From contig SLFT01000284.1 in NCBI GenBank assembly GCA_007124105.1, positions 1-35,399 of the forward strand: a stretch of 35,399 bases of DNA, in the 5' to 3' direction. The notes under the pieces are model-generated. The model made no database searches, was not told the DNA's origin, and saw only the letters and a program-made list of their open reading frames with translations. Below are positions 34,930-35,399 of this stretch, piece after piece (position 1 is the stretch's first letter; each line of letters starts with the position of its first letter). The position numbers were made by a program, and so were the translations under genes. The stretch is from Candidatus Hydrogenedentota bacterium (lineage in GTDB: Bacteria; Hydrogenedentota; Hydrogenedentia; Hydrogenedentales; CAITNO01).

Positions 34930-35085
34930 AAACGAACGCCGCCCCAGCACCAGTCACAGGCGGGAAAAGAGCGGACCCTGAGACAGCCGCGCATAGAGCC
35001 GCAGATTTACCTGTAAACCATGAAACGATTGCCGCAGCATCATGCTCCGATACATTGCCCTGAAACCTCAACGCGGCGTTTAGCG

Positions 35086-35399
35086 TTATTGAGGTCGCGC
35101 CTGGTAGATACCGCCGGTTACCGTCTCGAACCGTGTGTTGTGTTCGGCCACCAAATCATCTTCCCGATACACACGGATGGGGATATTGGCCTTTATAATA
35201 CAGGGCTGGCCGTAGTCGGAGCGTACAGATGCCTCGATCAGCTGTCCATCTTTCCATCTGATATCCACCTCAAAACCGTCTCGCGCGCGCAGTCCACTCA
35301 CTTTTCCTTCCTGCCATGCGTCAGGCAGCGCGGGCAACAGGTGGATGCGCCCGTTATGGCTCTGAAGCAGCATCTCCGCGACGCCCGCGGCGGCGCCGA
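35086..35399 (-). CDS. C-terminal end of a GH95-like glycoside hydrolase (alpha-L-fucosidase family). The N-terminus lies beyond the right edge of the window.
   Basis: The frame stays open to position 35399, reading ...[61 protein letters not shown] and LLPALP...W..G.V.GLRARGGFEV resemble the conserved C-terminal region of GH95 enzymes. Confidence 0.65.
   Translation of the reverse strand, partial: GAAAGVAEMLLQSHNGRIHLLPALPDAWQEGKVSGLRARDGFEVDIRWKDGQLIEASVRSDYGQPCIIKANIPIRVYREDDLVAEHNTRFETVTGGIYQARPQ

Overview
The window is a 35.4-kb chromosomal segment from a moderately GC-rich diderm bacterium. I call 31 protein-coding genes, two of them truncated by the window edges, and one tRNA-Cys(GCA). 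I see no rRNA, CRISPR array, transposase, integrase or phage genes. The content is housekeeping, envelope and carbohydrate metabolism: xylose isomerase, a DUF1080 protein, the C-terminal end of a GH95-like enzyme, two Gfo/Idh/MocA oxidoreductases, deoC, hisB-hisH, and a GT2 gene. There is also a GT4-GT4-oxidoreductase-polytopic membrane protein cluster, a LolA-like + 2x FtsX permease + ABC ATPase operon, a MATE pump, a tandem Usp, and a TonB-like protein whose (Glu-Pro)n spacer is a hexanucleotide repeat running off the left edge. This mix resembles environmental PVC-type heterotrophs, but I cannot assign taxonomy from the sequence alone. All functional calls rest on motifs I recognise in the supplied translations; no database search was run. 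Many long ORFs in the six-frame track are antisense shadows of recognisable genes and were rejected, and several track ORFs have spurious N-terminal extensions that I trimmed to starts with a Shine-Dalgarno-like element. The best candidate for an undescribed system is an ApbE FMN transferase translationally coupled to a Tat-exported Gfo/Idh/MocA dehydrogenase. That dehydrogenase carries a T-S-G-A-T flavinylation-type motif in a C-terminal insertion, and a membrane-tethered YceI-like protein lies just downstream. Other points worth a second look:
- a ~185-nt imperfect palindrome in the leader of the MATE gene
- an orphan AddB-like nuclease with a degenerate P-loop, no visible Fe-S cysteines and no AddA partner
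- a 694-aa secreted protein of unknown family
- a plus-oriented intrinsic terminator implying a long crp 3' UTR antisense to the GT2 gene
- a promoter-like motif (TTGnnA-N12-TATACTATA) shared by two distant intergenic regions
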